Part shown: piece by piece, positions 24,684 to 38,890 of the stretch
How the letters are laid out: each line of letters begins with the position of its first letter
How positions within the stretch are numbered: position 1 is the stretch's first letter
From: Sporopachydermia quercuum
Taxonomy: Eukaryota
Reading direction: 5' to 3'
DNA: 64,000 nucleotides
Assembly (NCBI GenBank): GCA_001599295.1
Contig: BCGN01000003.1
Span: forward strand, 1-64,000
Made by a program: the position numbers and the translations under genes
The notes under the pieces: generated by a model
Told to the model about the DNA's origin: nothing
Databases searched by the model: none
The model's input: only the letters and a program-made list of their open reading frames with translations

Positions 24684-25844
24684 ATGGCTCCAACAGTGAC
24701 TGAACAGAGTTTCACTAGTGGTGACACTACTGAACAATTATTGAAAGATCAAAAGGCTGAAGAGCTCAAGAAACTGGTATCAGGAGCTCAAACCTATGGT
24801 TACAACTACAAGTCCGTTGAAAATGAAGATGGTGATTTCGTTGTAGCTCCTGAAGAAGCCGAAGGAGCACTGTATCCACAGTTTTTACCTTCTCACCAAA
24901 AAGCCATTACACACCAGGTGCCAGGAGAATTTACAATTGAAGATGTTGCTAAAAAAGCTGATCCTTCATTCAAAAATCTTTTTAACTCGGAAAACATCAA
25001 AAAGTCAAACATTACCCCCAANTTTGGAACAGACCTTTCTGGTATTCAACTTTCCAAATTAAACGATGCTCAAAAGGATGAACTTGCTCTGTTCATCGAA
25101 CAAAGAGGATTGGTTGTACTTCGTGATCAAGATTTGAAAGATCAACCTTTGGATGATATCGTCAAATTTGGNGAATATTTTGGTCCTCAACACATTCATC
25201 CAGCTACGGGCTCGCCCAAGGGTTACCCCCAAATTCATGTTGTTTATAGGGCCAAGCAAGAAGGTGCCACCACCAACATATTCAAGGATCGTTTGAACAG
25301 TATAGCATGGCATAGTGATATTTCCTTTGAAGAGCAGCCGGCGGCTTTATCTTTTTTAGCAATCCTAGAGTTGCCAGATAGTGGTGGTGACACTATATTT
25401 GCTAATACTGCTGAAGCTTACAACAGATTGTCTCCAGCACTACAAAAATTCCTTGAAAGCTTAACTGTTATTCATTCAGGACTTGAACAAGGAAAGAACA
25501 CTCTAAATAGATTTGGTGGTAAAGGAATTAAGCGTGGATTGGCAATTAGTGAGCATCCCGTTGTTCGTACTCATCCAGTAACAGGAGAAAAGGCATTGTT
25601 TGTGAATCCTGCGTTCTCAAGACGAATTCCCCAATTGAAGAAGGAAGAGTCTGATTACGTGTTGAATTTCCTTTACGATCACATTTCTAAGGGACAAGAT
25701 TTCCAAGCCAGAGCCAAATGGGAAGTAGGAACTGTCGTAGCCTGGGACAATAGAAAAACTGTTCACAGTGCATTGTTTGATTGGGATACTGTTGAGAGAA
25801 GACATGCCTTTAGATTGACTCCCCTTGGAGAGAGGCCGTTCTAA
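24684..25844 (+). CDS. JLP1: Fe(II)/2-oxoglutarate-dependent sulfonate dioxygenase (JLP1/TauD family), paralog c
   Basis: Intact WHSD, GGDT, WDNRKTVH and RRHAFR motifs. Tandem with paralog b. First ATG is at 24684. Confidence 0.9.
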   Translation: MAPTVTEQSFTSGDTTEQLLKDQKAEELKKLVSGAQTYGYNYKSVENEDGDFVVAPEEAEGALYPQFLPSHQKAITHQVPGEFTIEDVAKKADPSFKNLFNSENIKKSNITPXFGTDLSGIQLSKLNDAQKDELALFIEQRGLVVLRDQDLKDQPLDDIVKFXEYFGPQHIHPATGSPKGYPQIHVVYRAKQEGATTNIFKDRLNSIAWHSDISFEEQPAALSFLAILELPDSGGDTIFANTAEAYNRLSPALQKFLESLTVIHSGLEQGKNTLNRFGGKGIKRGLAISEHPVVRTHPVTGEKALFVNPAFSRRIPQLKKEESDYVLNFLYDHISKGQDFQARAKWEVGTVVAWDNRKTVHSALFDWDTVERRHAFRLTPLGERPF

Positions 25845-26419
25845 ATTAGTATGGGGTTAGTATGGTTAAAGAGTTGTTAACCATATAACTATATTATTAG
25901 AGACAAGTTTACTATTCTGTTATAGTTTAAAGACTAAGGATGTTTGTTAAATATACGTCCCAACTTAATATGTAAGTAGAATAAATATTGAATTTAAATT
26001 GCCATAGGGCACGAAGCTACCTGAACTTGAACTATAGGTTTAGAAGAGTGTTTATTGGATGTTATCTGCTTCCCTACTTTCTGCTCTCGTTTATTGCAGC
26101 TCCCCCTACGGATATTTCAGCTATTCAAAAGTGCTCACATACATAAGCTACCCAAGTAAATCTTGTCAGTCAACTTTGAGCATAAAAACTAAAAATAGCG
26201 CTGATAAAGTCACTTAAAGTATAATATAACTTACTAATAGAATGAAATCCCAACCTTCGTTGTATTGTTTTAACATATACATTTTACTATATGGCGTCAC
26301 AAAACCATTTCAACATTCTTTAACTTAAAAAATTGTACTATTGAATCTATAGAAACTAGACAAAAGAGAAACGAGAAAAGCAAAATCCGAAGCTACTTAA
26401 GTCGGCGAATTACAACANC

Positions 26420-28135
26420 TTAATGAGAAAATCTGAAGTCCAATCTTCTATTTCCTTTATCTTTTGTTGTCAAGGTGTATTCAACTTGTTCCTCTTTGGT
26501 GAAGGCATTCCACTTCAATTCTTTTTGTTTATTACGATATGAGTAAAACCATTTTGTTAAAAGAAGAAACACAATTGCAAGAAGATTTATCCCGAACAAG
26601 ACACCATTTCCTCTTCTGTAAAGAGGAGCATCGTCTTGTCGGTAAATATTAGAAGCAATTATGGCACCAGCTTGTACAAACATATTGTACAACGCGGCAC
26701 TCACAGTTCTAGATCTTACAGCATTGGAGTTTCGGGAGCACCACGCAACTAAAATGGCATGAATGTAAGGAGCACCCAGTAAAAGTACCAAGACTGCGTA
26801 TGTTTGCCAAATGTAACCAGGTTGAGCAACATTCTTCCAGAAAGCTAAGACTCCAATAAGTGGAACAAGCCACAAAGGTTGTAAAGTTGAAGTGAAGCAT
26901 TTCTCCTCCCTTTTCTCGGTAAGCCAAGTTAACCATATCATCAGGATAATATGGAGTACTTGATATGGGATGGTTAGAACTGTAGTTACAATTGCGGAGA
27001 AACCCATTCTTCTCAGAATAATTGTGATATATGCGCCTGTAGTGTTAATAGGGATTAAGATAATGAGGCCAATAAGATACAATGGCCACAAATCATAATC
27101 GGTCAAGGCTTCCCATAAGAGCTTCGGAGTTATATGCTGACGATTATTCATATCACCTTTACTTGGGTCATCACGCAACAATCTGTTCACAACGATTTTT
27201 TCCTCCCTGTCTGTAAACCATCCTTTCTTTCTAAACCATGTCCTTGTTTGGGCAGGAGATGCAGGCATTCTAAAAAAAGAAGCAATACCGATCACTAGAG
27301 TTAAAAGCCCTTGAAGTAAAAACAGCCATTGCCATCCGTGCCAACCATTAACACCTCTCATTCTCAACAGCCCAAAAGCCATTAAGGCAGTGGCAATTTG
27401 AGCAAAAGATAAAGCAGTCCAGAAGAAAGATAATCTGATTGGCAACTCTCTTGAAGTATAGAAATAGGATAGCCATAAGACAACATCGGGAATGAACCCA
27501 CCTTCTAAGAGACCCAATAAACATCTAGTAACAAAAAAGCTAGCTTTACCACTTAAAGCAGCTTGAGACATAGCAACAATTGACCATAAGCAAATCTGAG
27601 TGGGGATCCATCTGTCTGGTCCCAAACCCTTGGAAATCAGCTGAGATGGTAATTCAGCAGACAAAAATGAAACCAAGAAGATTGTTTGACCAGTATTGTA
27701 GTCATTGGTAGTAAGACCTAAGTCCGACAACATATTATCAGCCAAAGCCTGAATAATATTTCCTCTGTCAATTTGAAGAGCAATAAACATAATACAGGCC
27801 CAGAAACAAGCATACCATTCTAGCTTTCTCAGAACAATCTTCTCCTCCTTTAGTTCCCATTCAAAATTGGGATCAAATAAGTGCCTGCACTCATATTGTG
27901 TTTTCTCATAGAGCTGTCTATAGTATTCAGCTACCTCAGGATTACTGAATATATTATCGTCTTCACTATCTTCACGATGGGATACAATTTCCAAAATCTC
28001 CTCTGGAGTTTTAGTGGTACTATTTTTTCTGTATGATCTTGTTTCTGAATCTTTAACCGAGCTGTTTTCACTTTCAGTAGTATCACGTTTAGAGTCAGAT
28101 GTCTCTGACTTTTCTTTCTTGAAAAGGGTAACCAT
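26420..28135 (-). CDS. SOA1: MFS DAL5/anion:cation symporter family transporter, SOA1 (YIL166C)-like sulfonate/inorganic sulfur transporter
   Basis: 571 aa. N-terminal PEVAEYYRQLYEKTQYECRHLFDP segment, ALQIDRGN, ELPSQLISK, LLRDDPSKGDMNNRQ and C-terminal NRRLDFRFSH are characteristic of the Soa1 subfamily. Confidence 0.8.
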   Translation of the reverse strand: MVTLFKKEKSETSDSKRDTTESENSSVKDSETRSYRKNSTTKTPEEILEIVSHREDSEDDNIFSNPEVAEYYRQLYEKTQYECRHLFDPNFEWELKEEKIVLRKLEWYACFWACIMFIALQIDRGNIIQALADNMLSDLGLTTNDYNTGQTIFLVSFLSAELPSQLISKGLGPDRWIPTQICLWSIVAMSQAALSGKASFFVTRCLLGLLEGGFIPDVVLWLSYFYTSRELPIRLSFFWTALSFAQIATALMAFGLLRMRGVNGWHGWQWLFLLQGLLTLVIGIASFFRMPASPAQTRTWFRKKGWFTDREEKIVVNRLLRDDPSKGDMNNRQHITPKLLWEALTDYDLWPLYLIGLIILIPINTTGAYITIILRRMGFSAIVTTVLTIPYQVLHIILMIWLTWLTEKREEKCFTSTLQPLWLVPLIGVLAFWKNVAQPGYIWQTYAVLVLLLGAPYIHAILVAWCSRNSNAVRSRTVSAALYNMFVQAGAIIASNIYRQDDAPLYRRGNGVLFGINLLAIVFLLLTKWFYSYRNKQKELKWNAFTKEEQVEYTLTTKDKGNRRLDFRFSH

Positions 28136-29748
28136 TATGACTTTCCGAAACTCGGACGCTGAAAATCTATTTCTACTACTAGATAAGTTACAACTTGAAT
28201 CCGAACGAGTTTGAACTCCTTTTCTTACAGATAGTTCTTCTTTTCTTATTCATCTATTAATTCTATATATCATAAATATTCAGCTATTCCGCAAAACTCA
28301 TCAGTTTGTTGAGGGAAATCAGTGAAATTTATATCATCATATTGACAAAACGTTTAGCTTTACTTTCTCTATATATTTCTTCTGTTGGATACATTGATCA
28401 GACTTTAGCATTTTGTTATTGCTTAGCTTTTGGAAAAGGACTTGGCAGAAGTTCTCAATCTTTGATCTTGTAGTGAAAAGTGAAAAGTTTTCTGAAATTT
28501 CGGTGCCATTATTAGAATACTAAGAAGAAATCAGACATTCAATCTGCTTGCCAAGTCAATGAACATCAGTATTTATTGTTTTAATTGTCAAAAAATCTAT
28601 TGTCCTCATAAATCAAAAAAATCGATGAATAGTGTAATGTCATGTGATCTTGTCTCACATCGACTTTTACACATGAATTATTCCTAATACATTAGAAATT
28701 AGTATTAAACACTTCAAATAATGATGAGGAAAAATGTAGGTTAGTACAATTTAGCTCGAACTTTATTAAGTTATTTGTATGAAGTGCCAAGATAACTTTG
28801 AGCGCTTTATGATTAAGTTCTATTTTGGATCTTATCTTCCTTTTCGTTCCAAATTAGGCAATTGAAGAGATCTCATCGATTTCATGTAGTACTTAAGGGC
28901 TTAAATCTCACAATGTTTATTCCTACTCTCCGTAATTGGCTACAAAATGGTGCAATGTTCTCAGATAATGATAGATAATTAATGTGGCATTTGCATTTTT
29001 ACACAATTTATTGTGGCGCAGGGAGGAATCAAACAATCACGGATTTTAAAACTTTTATTCTCCATGTTATACTTTTCGTCCAGAATAAAGTTCTTTGATG
29101 GAAAATCGTAGATTGAACCTGAACTTTTTTCTTTGTTATAGTATGATTGGATTAGATCTTCAATAGCAAAATCTCAAGGAAACAGTGCAAAAGATATTCA
29201 TTTAATAAAACTTTCTATTAAAGATAGCATATTACCAATAAATTTATTTCAAATTTTTCTTTTCTCAATTCTATGCAACAATTTGAAATTTCTTTAGTCT
29301 ACGCTTCACCTTTATGTGAAAATGCATGGACCGTGCTGTTACCCCAGAAGGCAGCACAGAAATTTCAGAAGCTAAAGAAAACCAAATGTGGAAGCACCTA
29401 ATAGATTAATGTATAACGTAATTCTTCTTCTACGGGTAGTACCATCTTGCCATATTTTCAATTAGTTACTCATTTTCGTGATTTTTGGGTTTTTGTTTGG
29501 TTTCAAACTGAAATAACTTTTCTTGTTTACCTAAAATAAATCAGCTATTTTAATCCACTCTGGATATATAAATTCAATGAATCGCCGGATTACCTTAAAC
29601 TATCAGAGATGTACTTACTTGTGAAGTAGGCTTTCTTGACCGATAATCATACAAAATACTGACAAATACCCCATTCGAGCTTTGTGAACTACATTGTTGA
29701 AAATTGCAAAGCGGTAATCAAGTAAGAACTGAATTTTAGGAATCAAAA

Positions 29749-30921
29749 ATGGCCCCAACTGTGTCTGCTACTGTCAGCGTTGTTGAGCAAGATCAAGAGA
29801 GACAACTCTTGAAGGATAAAAGAGCTGAAGAACTGAAGAATCTCGTAACACCCAGAGCTCTTTATGCATATCCATATAAAACAGTTGAAGATGAAGATGG
29901 AAACTTTGTGATTGACCCTGAAGAAGCAAAAAGTGCATTGTATCCTCGATTCTTGCCTACCCATCAAAAAGAAATCACTCATGAAATCCCTGATGAGTTC
30001 GAAATTGAGGATGTAGGCAAACGAGCTGATCCTTCATTCAAAAATCTTTTTAACTCGGAAAACATCAAAAAGTCAAACATTACNCCCAAGTTTGGAACAG
30101 ACCTTTCTGGTATTCAACTTTCCAAATTAAACGATGCTCAAAAGGATGAACTTGCTCTGTTCATCGAACAAAGAGGATTGGTTGTACTTCGTGATCAAGA
30201 TTTGAAAGATCAACCCTTCGAAGATATCATCAAGTTTAGTGAGTACTTTGGTCCTCAGCATGTCCACCCTGCCTCTGGTGCGCCAAAAGGATTTCCAGAA
30301 ATTCATGTTGTTTATAGACCTCCGGTAGAGATAGACCATGATAGAGTTTTTGCTGAGAAGTTGAATACCATTGGGTGGCACAGTGATGTTTCTTACGAGA
30401 GACAACCTGCATCTTTGTCTTTCCTCGCTATTCTTGAATTGCCTGAATCTGGTGGTGACACCTTGTTTGCTGATACTACTGAAGCATACAACAGACTTTC
30501 TCCTGCTCTTCAAAAATTCCTTGAAGGATTAACTGTGGTTCACTCTGGTCTAGAGCAAGGACAGGAAGCCTTGAGAAAGTTTGGAGGTAAAGGTATCAAA
30601 CGTGGATTAGCTATCAGTGAGCATCCTGTTGTTAGGACACATCCAGTAACCGGTACAAAATCCTTATATGTTAATCCTACATTTTCAAGGCGAATTGTAC
30701 AACTAAAGAAAGAAGAATCAGACTGGTTATTGAACTTTTTGTATGATCACATTTCTAAAGGACAAGATTTTCATGCAAGAGCTAAGTGGGAAGTTGGCAC
30801 TGTTGTAGCTTGGGACAACAGACGTACAGTTCACTCTGCCTTATTTGACTGGTATTCTCCTGAAAGAAGACACGCTTTCAGATTGACTCCTTTAGGTGAG
30901 AAACCCTTTTTCGAAGCTTGA
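29749..30921 (+). CDS. JLP1: Fe(II)/2-oxoglutarate-dependent sulfonate dioxygenase (JLP1/TauD family), paralog d
   Basis: 390 aa with WHSDVSYE, GGDT, WDNRRTVH and RRHAFR motifs intact. Divergently transcribed from the SOA1-like gene. Confidence 0.9.
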   Translation: MAPTVSATVSVVEQDQERQLLKDKRAEELKNLVTPRALYAYPYKTVEDEDGNFVIDPEEAKSALYPRFLPTHQKEITHEIPDEFEIEDVGKRADPSFKNLFNSENIKKSNIXPKFGTDLSGIQLSKLNDAQKDELALFIEQRGLVVLRDQDLKDQPFEDIIKFSEYFGPQHVHPASGAPKGFPEIHVVYRPPVEIDHDRVFAEKLNTIGWHSDVSYERQPASLSFLAILELPESGGDTLFADTTEAYNRLSPALQKFLEGLTVVHSGLEQGQEALRKFGGKGIKRGLAISEHPVVRTHPVTGTKSLYVNPTFSRRIVQLKKEESDWLLNFLYDHISKGQDFHARAKWEVGTVVAWDNRRTVHSALFDWYSPERRHAFRLTPLGEKPFFEA

Positions 30922-31452
30922 GTATTTGAGGTGTGAGAATTGTGATGAATGCTTAAAGTATATTGAATATACTCTTGTCAATTTTTAGATAGGCTATTTG
31001 TTTTTTTGTTTTCTAATCTATTCATCATTAGTCATAGAATCTGAATTAAGTTGAACTTGAGTAATAAAATTCTTAGTGTTAGTTGAAATTGAATAATAAA
31101 ATTACATCTACTATTTTGAATTCCATTTATTTTGTTTTTCGAAAAGTGGTAGTTAGGCTAACATGTTTATTAAGATTATGATCTTGTAGAAATGATAGAA
31201 TTCATGGTATTTGCAATTCATCGATACTCTAAAATATATAGTTGAACCTTATTACTCAAACCTTAGACCTTCAATTACTTTTACAAGTTGGAGATTAACT
31301 TTCAATTTATGCTTGTTATCAATTACAATGGGTGTACCAAATTGGTCAATTAAACATATTGAAAAGTCTAGAAGTTTGTTTATTCTCTAGTTTTTACATA
31401 TCAATTTCTCAAAATTCCTGCGCAGATCTGATGCCTATATGTTTCAATGTTC

Positions 31453-33129
<1,677 letters not shown>

Positions 33130-33580
33130 CTACTGTAACAAATGAACAGTTATATGTATTGCAATTGAGTTATAATAGCAATTGGTATGAACGATCCACT
33201 CTTTAGACTTTTCTTGGGCCTAAAGATGTACAATAATAAGAAAGTTCAAGTTGAGCGGTTAGTACATAAAGGATTTTTGTATGGAAGATGGGATTAAAAC
33301 TTTTATAAATCCGGAGACTTTACATCTTTTATAACATGCTAAAATAGAGAGAAAGNAAGAAAATTGGAAACCAGATCTCCGAAACCCAAAACTTGTGGGG
33401 ACCACACAGTTCTCCCGTTTATTTCGCCAAACTCAATATATTAACATACTTACTTTGGGTACTTCAACTCCTATTATTGTCAGAGAAATCAATGAAATAA
33501 TAGCTCTCCTGATATGATTCATCTTGGTCTAAGTATTGAATTATTGAGTGGCTGTTTTGCTTTATGTAAGATATTTCAAT

Positions 33581-33587
33581 TCACGTG
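33581..33587. promoter_or_regulatory. Cbf1-type E-box TCACGTG in the arylsulfatase / MFS divergent promoter
   Basis: Exact TCACGTG ~460 bp upstream of the arylsulfatase ATG. Confidence 0.5.
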
Positions 33588-35211
33588 GTAGTATGCAATT
33601 TGATTTTAGAGTTGCATCATCAATCTTAAAGTTTCAACGTCTAAATTTCAACTAGCATTCCTTGTAGGATCTTCCTAAAAGTCCGGATGTCCATTCAACG
33701 ACTTTAGACTCATTATCGCGGAGATTCGGCGTTGCAGCCAACTTGTCAATTTAATGATTAAATAATTTTAAATGAACGCAGAGTTAAATTTATACCATAT
33801 TTGAATACAAGGGAGATATCATTAGAAGAAGTCAAAAGTAACTCTAACCATATTCGGAAAAATAACGGTATCTNGCATTACGAAAAGGGTAGGTAAGATT
33901 ACGCCATTTCTGCCTAAGAAAACAAATAGTTCAAATCTTAAGTTTAACTTAAACCATCGGACATTCGCACTGTGGATTGATTTGCAAGAATTCATGTTTC
34001 GATAATTAGCACACTCATAAACCCGAAAAAAAAAAAAAAGAAAGTAGAAGATGGACCAGTTTAATATTAAGACAAATAAATATACTTGAAGATCTCATCA
34101 CATTAAAGCTTAACAAGTGAGTGGCAAGCAAAACGATGTAGCTATCAATATTATGGTCCATATAAAAAGGCTGATGCCTCCCAATTGCTTCAATATTTTC
34201 ATGAAAGTGGGCGTGATTATTTGTTTCAATTGGGTTCACCTCAAAGTTCGTATTTTAATATTTCTCCATATACTTTAAAGCCATTTTGTCTCCCTTGCAT
34301 TCAATTGGCTATCTCAATTCTGTGTCTTTTAACCTTATGGCAAGTTTTGGGTTATGCAGCTGTTGTCTTATTATGAAAGAAGCCTTCCAAGACGACCCCC
34401 TATCACAATGCAAACATAAACCATTGCCACCTCTTTCATTCATTTAGTAGAGTGAGAGGAATACCATAAAAGAAAGAGGACAAGAGCATTCCTCTGCTTA
34501 ATACTGAGTTGGTTAGCTTTGCAGAATTCTTTTTTCCAGGCAAGTAATAGCTCATTATCATAGGTTTCCAGTTGCTTACATTTGAATTGACAGTGCGGGC
34601 CATTTAGGAATTAGTATTCTGTNCTGTAAGTCATTTCCTCCTACTAAGCTGTAGAAAAGCCACCAAAACTTGGCGATAATAACCAAAAATAGAAAGTATG
34701 CCACTGGGTTGCAATATTGAATGACTCTAGCATTTCTTATCGTTTTACCTTCTTCAGAAAGTAATTCAAATCAATAACTAAGTCTTAATAAGCGGTTTAT
34801 CATTTAGACTTTCAAAGTCATGTGATTAGTAACAATAATCATTGATATTGTCACAATTCGGGTGGCTCCTTGATGATTTGCTTGAGGCTTTTGGGGAGCC
34901 ACATTAACAGGAAAGTTAACTGTGCAGAAAGGAACTAAGCTTCCAAACTTAACCTTAANTTTACCAGTAAACCGTTCCATTAAGTGAATAAAGTTATTCA
35001 ACCGCTTGAAAATGCTTTCATTTTTCATAAAAAACTGGATAGAAAAATCAAATATAAATGATGATAAAAAGAACATTCTAAGAAAATGTTGTTTTCAGAA
35101 ACCACTAATAGTAAAAAAGAGAAAAAACAGCTTCATTCATACTTATTGTTGCATCAACGTTAATTTCTTATTGTTGATTTAGAGGTATTTCAGTGTCCAT
35201 AGATATACAGG

Positions 35212-36906
35212 ATGTCATCAAGTGATAAATTAGAAAAAATTGCTACTACAGAACTGAAGAGTTCCGGATCATCAATTGATTCGTTAGAAGATAAGAAATT
35301 GNATGACTTTCCAAAGACGTACATTTATGATGCTGATAAAGACAGAGTTACTTTTTTAGAAAAGAACTGGACAGAGGAAGAAGAGAGAAGAGCATACAAG
35401 AAACTTGATTTCACTATCATACCTCTATTATTCTTCGCTTTCTTCCTATTACAGCTTGATCGTGGTAATATNNNNNNTGCNTTGACATCATCGCTNANAG
35501 AAGATGTTGGGTTAGATAATAATAGAATCAACGCTGGTACTGCTCTTTTCAATGTCGCTATTGTCATTTTTGANATTCCTTCAAATGTTATGCTTCAAAA
35601 ACTAGGACCTTCAAGATGGTTAGGCGGACAGGTTTTTGCTTGGTCTCTGGTTGCTACCTTACAATCTCTGATGACCAATTATGCTGGATTTTTGGTANCA
35701 AGATTCTTCATGGGTGCTATGGAAGCTGGATTTATTCCCGGTGCCCTTTACTATATNAGTACATGGTATACTAAGGGAAGGTTAACTNCNAGATATAACT
35801 TNTATTTCTTAGGTAATATTACTGCNNCNGCTTGTTCTGGTTTGATTGCGGCTGGTATCCTTAACACAGTTGCTGGGGCTCATGGACTTGCTGGTTGGAA
35901 GTGGATTTTCATCATTGAAGGTGCTGCTGGTCTCGGTTATGGTATTATCTTTTTTTTCTTGATTCCTGAATCTGCTAGTCATCCCAAACCACTCTTTGGA
36001 AATCTTAGATATCTCACCGAGCGTGAATCATACATTATCAGTTCAGCTGTCTTAATTGATGATCCAGAAAAGATTAACAACAAAACACACATATCTGGAA
36101 AGGATATTCTTGATACCTTTAAGCAATGGAGGGTTTGGTTGCATTTCTTGTACACTATGGTCTTTATGCAAAATATTCAATCGCTGAGTACCTATGTTCC
36201 TTCTATTGTTGTCTCTTTAGGATACAAGGCTGTTCAAGCTAATGCTATGGCATCAATTGGTCTATGGGGTGCTTTAGTTATGTTGCTTCTAATGACTAAA
36301 TGGGCAAACCATATCCAATGCCGGGGTGTTCCAATGATTTTCTTGGCTGCCTGGCAAATGACTTGGCAAATTGTCTTGTTTTCAGTTGCGCGTACATCGA
36401 AGAATAAAGTCAAGTATGCTATGTTGACACTTCTACAAGTTTCTTCTGCTAATGGGCATGTGCTGAATACTTCATATGTGTCAATGAATTTGAAGAAGCC
36501 TGCTCATAGGAGTGTAGCACTTGCTTTGATGGTTATGTCTGCCAATATGGCAGGTATCTGTGCCGGTCAGATTCTTAGAACAAATGATGCTCCACTTTAT
36601 CACACGGCATTTTTGGCTCTTATGATTCTATCGATTTGTGCAGTTGTTGTAGCTGTGTTCTTGTTAACACAATATGTTATCAGTAACAAAAAGTTAAATG
36701 AAAAATATCCAAATATCAGTCCAGAATTGCTTGAGAGATCTAAAGAAGGCACTAACTACCTTAACTCCGTGGTCTTGATTGGCTCTGAAAAAGCATTGGC
36801 TAACGAAGAAAAAGTCAGAGAAAAAATCAAGGAAGTTAATGTACATGGGTTGACTGTTAAGCAGACGTATGTTGCAGCCGATGAAGTCTTCAGATACAAG
36901 CTATAG
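35212..36906 (+). CDS. MFS DAL5/ACS-family transporter, copy 1 (possibly alternative-sulfate-transporter-like)
   Basis: 564 aa with LLQLDRGN, EIPSN-like, RFFMGAMEAGFIPG, GWKWIFIIEG and DAPLY motifs. Contains several N bases. Substrate is inferred from context only. Confidence 0.85.
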   Translation: MSSSDKLEKIATTELKSSGSSIDSLEDKKLXDFPKTYIYDADKDRVTFLEKNWTEEEERRAYKKLDFTIIPLLFFAFFLLQLDRGNXXXXLTSSXXEDVGLDNNRINAGTALFNVAIVIFXIPSNVMLQKLGPSRWLGGQVFAWSLVATLQSLMTNYAGFLVXRFFMGAMEAGFIPGALYYXSTWYTKGRLTXRYNXYFLGNITXXACSGLIAAGILNTVAGAHGLAGWKWIFIIEGAAGLGYGIIFFFLIPESASHPKPLFGNLRYLTERESYIISSAVLIDDPEKINNKTHISGKDILDTFKQWRVWLHFLYTMVFMQNIQSLSTYVPSIVVSLGYKAVQANAMASIGLWGALVMLLLMTKWANHIQCRGVPMIFLAAWQMTWQIVLFSVARTSKNKVKYAMLTLLQVSSANGHVLNTSYVSMNLKKPAHRSVALALMVMSANMAGICAGQILRTNDAPLYHTAFLALMILSICAVVVAVFLLTQYVISNKKLNEKYPNISPELLERSKEGTNYLNSVVLIGSEKALANEEKVREKIKEVNVHGLTVKQTYVAADEVFRYKL

Positions 36907-38890
36907 ATTTGTAAAGATTTTTATTTATTTAAATTAATGGGGTAATTTTTTATTTCAACAATAGATCTTTTTTGTCTATTTTTTTTATTTTGTATTCTTG
37001 TAGAGTAACAGTCTAATAAAACAATATGGTTTCCTTCCTAGAGAGGACCGTTTAGGTTATTTAAGGTTTTCACTCTATACTTCTAATCTGAAGCTTATTA
37101 TATATAATTGACAGTAATCTAATGTTATGGCTGTTAGAGTTCATTGGCACACTTGGAAACGTACACAAGGAAATACGCCATAGTCGACATGTCCATNTTT
37201 ACTGAGCGGACTAAGAGAGTCAAGCTAGATGCGTTTTTTGTTAACAACTTGGATATCCAATTCGTAATGCGGCAAATAAACTTCTACTTAAGATTAGATT
37301 CAAACGTTCAATGTGAACTGACAAACCTTATTTGATTTTCGACTTCGAAAATATCGAGATCTACCAAAAAAACATCTTTCTTTAATCTACTAGAAGCTTG
37401 AAAATAAGACCTAGAAAATATTTGCCAGCTACATAATTACTATGGGCCTATCTGCGCTTTTTATGATACAACGTAATTTCACTTGTTCTATTTCACAATA
37501 AATAAAATTAGTTTGTTTGCACTATAAGGTGTCCCTCAGATACATTCTTCCATCTAATAATTGGTCTAAACGACAAGATTGCTAAACTGTGATCGAAGTA
37601 ATAACCCAGTTGCCATATTCCAGCAGAACTTGCTTATTATCTATTTGTCAATGTATCTCTCAGTATCATAATGAAAAAACTCTTACCAAATTAATTCATT
37701 CTGATGAAACATCTTTAATAATCTTCAGAAAGTCAGTCATACAGCACACCTAAAAANTTTTTTGTTGAATATCTTCAGTTGTGCAGCAAAATTACTTGAA
37801 TAAATCAATATTAGTTCCCGGAGATTTGTAGGTCTAAAAGTCCGGTCAAGTGAGAAGCTGTTATTCCGAACCCTCAAAGTGTGTTCTTATTTAATTTTTG
37901 ATTAACCAATTGGGCAAAACTAACCGTAAGCAGCTCCCAAGTTTCAGGTCTTAGCAAAAAAAGAATAATATTAATCGAAAGACTAAAAAACATTTCAAGC
38001 AAGTAAGATAGCACATTATTATTCAGTATTAATGCTGCAGGAGGATCGGTTTCAAAGCGTTCAAATCATGTGAACAACTGTAGTCAAGATAGAATTTTGT
38101 ACATGAATACTCAACCGGGACTGTTGTTGACTTTCCTTTCTCTAAGATTTGTCCTCTCTTTCTTTTGATTTTTTTTTTTTATTTTCTTTTTTATTCTTTC
38201 TTTACCGAGCTGGTAGTTTTCTTCATTTCAGATTGAATGAAGAGGCTCAAACACTGTTACCTATTATATCAACACAATGACTCTTTTCTTCACGTTTAAC
38301 TAGCTTAGAAAAATTTCAAGTCTATTAATTCACCGTTGAAATGAAATAGCAAAAAAAGGATTTGAGCAGAAGTTATATGGCGTAATATAGAATACTCATT
38401 ACACTTGAAAATCAATTATTCCTACAAGTCATGTGACTTGCCAAATAAAGTTATATAGTTGGATAAAAAAAACATTTAAAATTAGAATAAAATAAAATAA
38501 AATAGAGAAGAAAAGGAAAACCCAAATGTGGGAGGTGAAAGAATTATAGTTTCCAATTCTGAAATTGATTGTTGGAGCTGCAAAGTTTAATTACTTCAGA
38601 AGGAACCTTAAAAAATGGAGTTGGGTATAACTTTAGGAACTTTAATTTTTAAATCTTAAAGTGTTCGGACTTTCTTCACCATATCTTGAAGATCTATTGT
38701 TAACCCTATAATTAATAGAGCTGCAATGATTTATTATAAATAAAAGGTACAATCTCCAATAATTGATTCATCTTCAACTTATTTTTGTTTTAATTTAATT
38801 TAAATAATATCTGTGCTACGCTCTCATCAACTGAGTATTGTTCAAAAGTAAGAGGATTGCTCCACCGAATTTTATTCATTTTTAGTTGCA

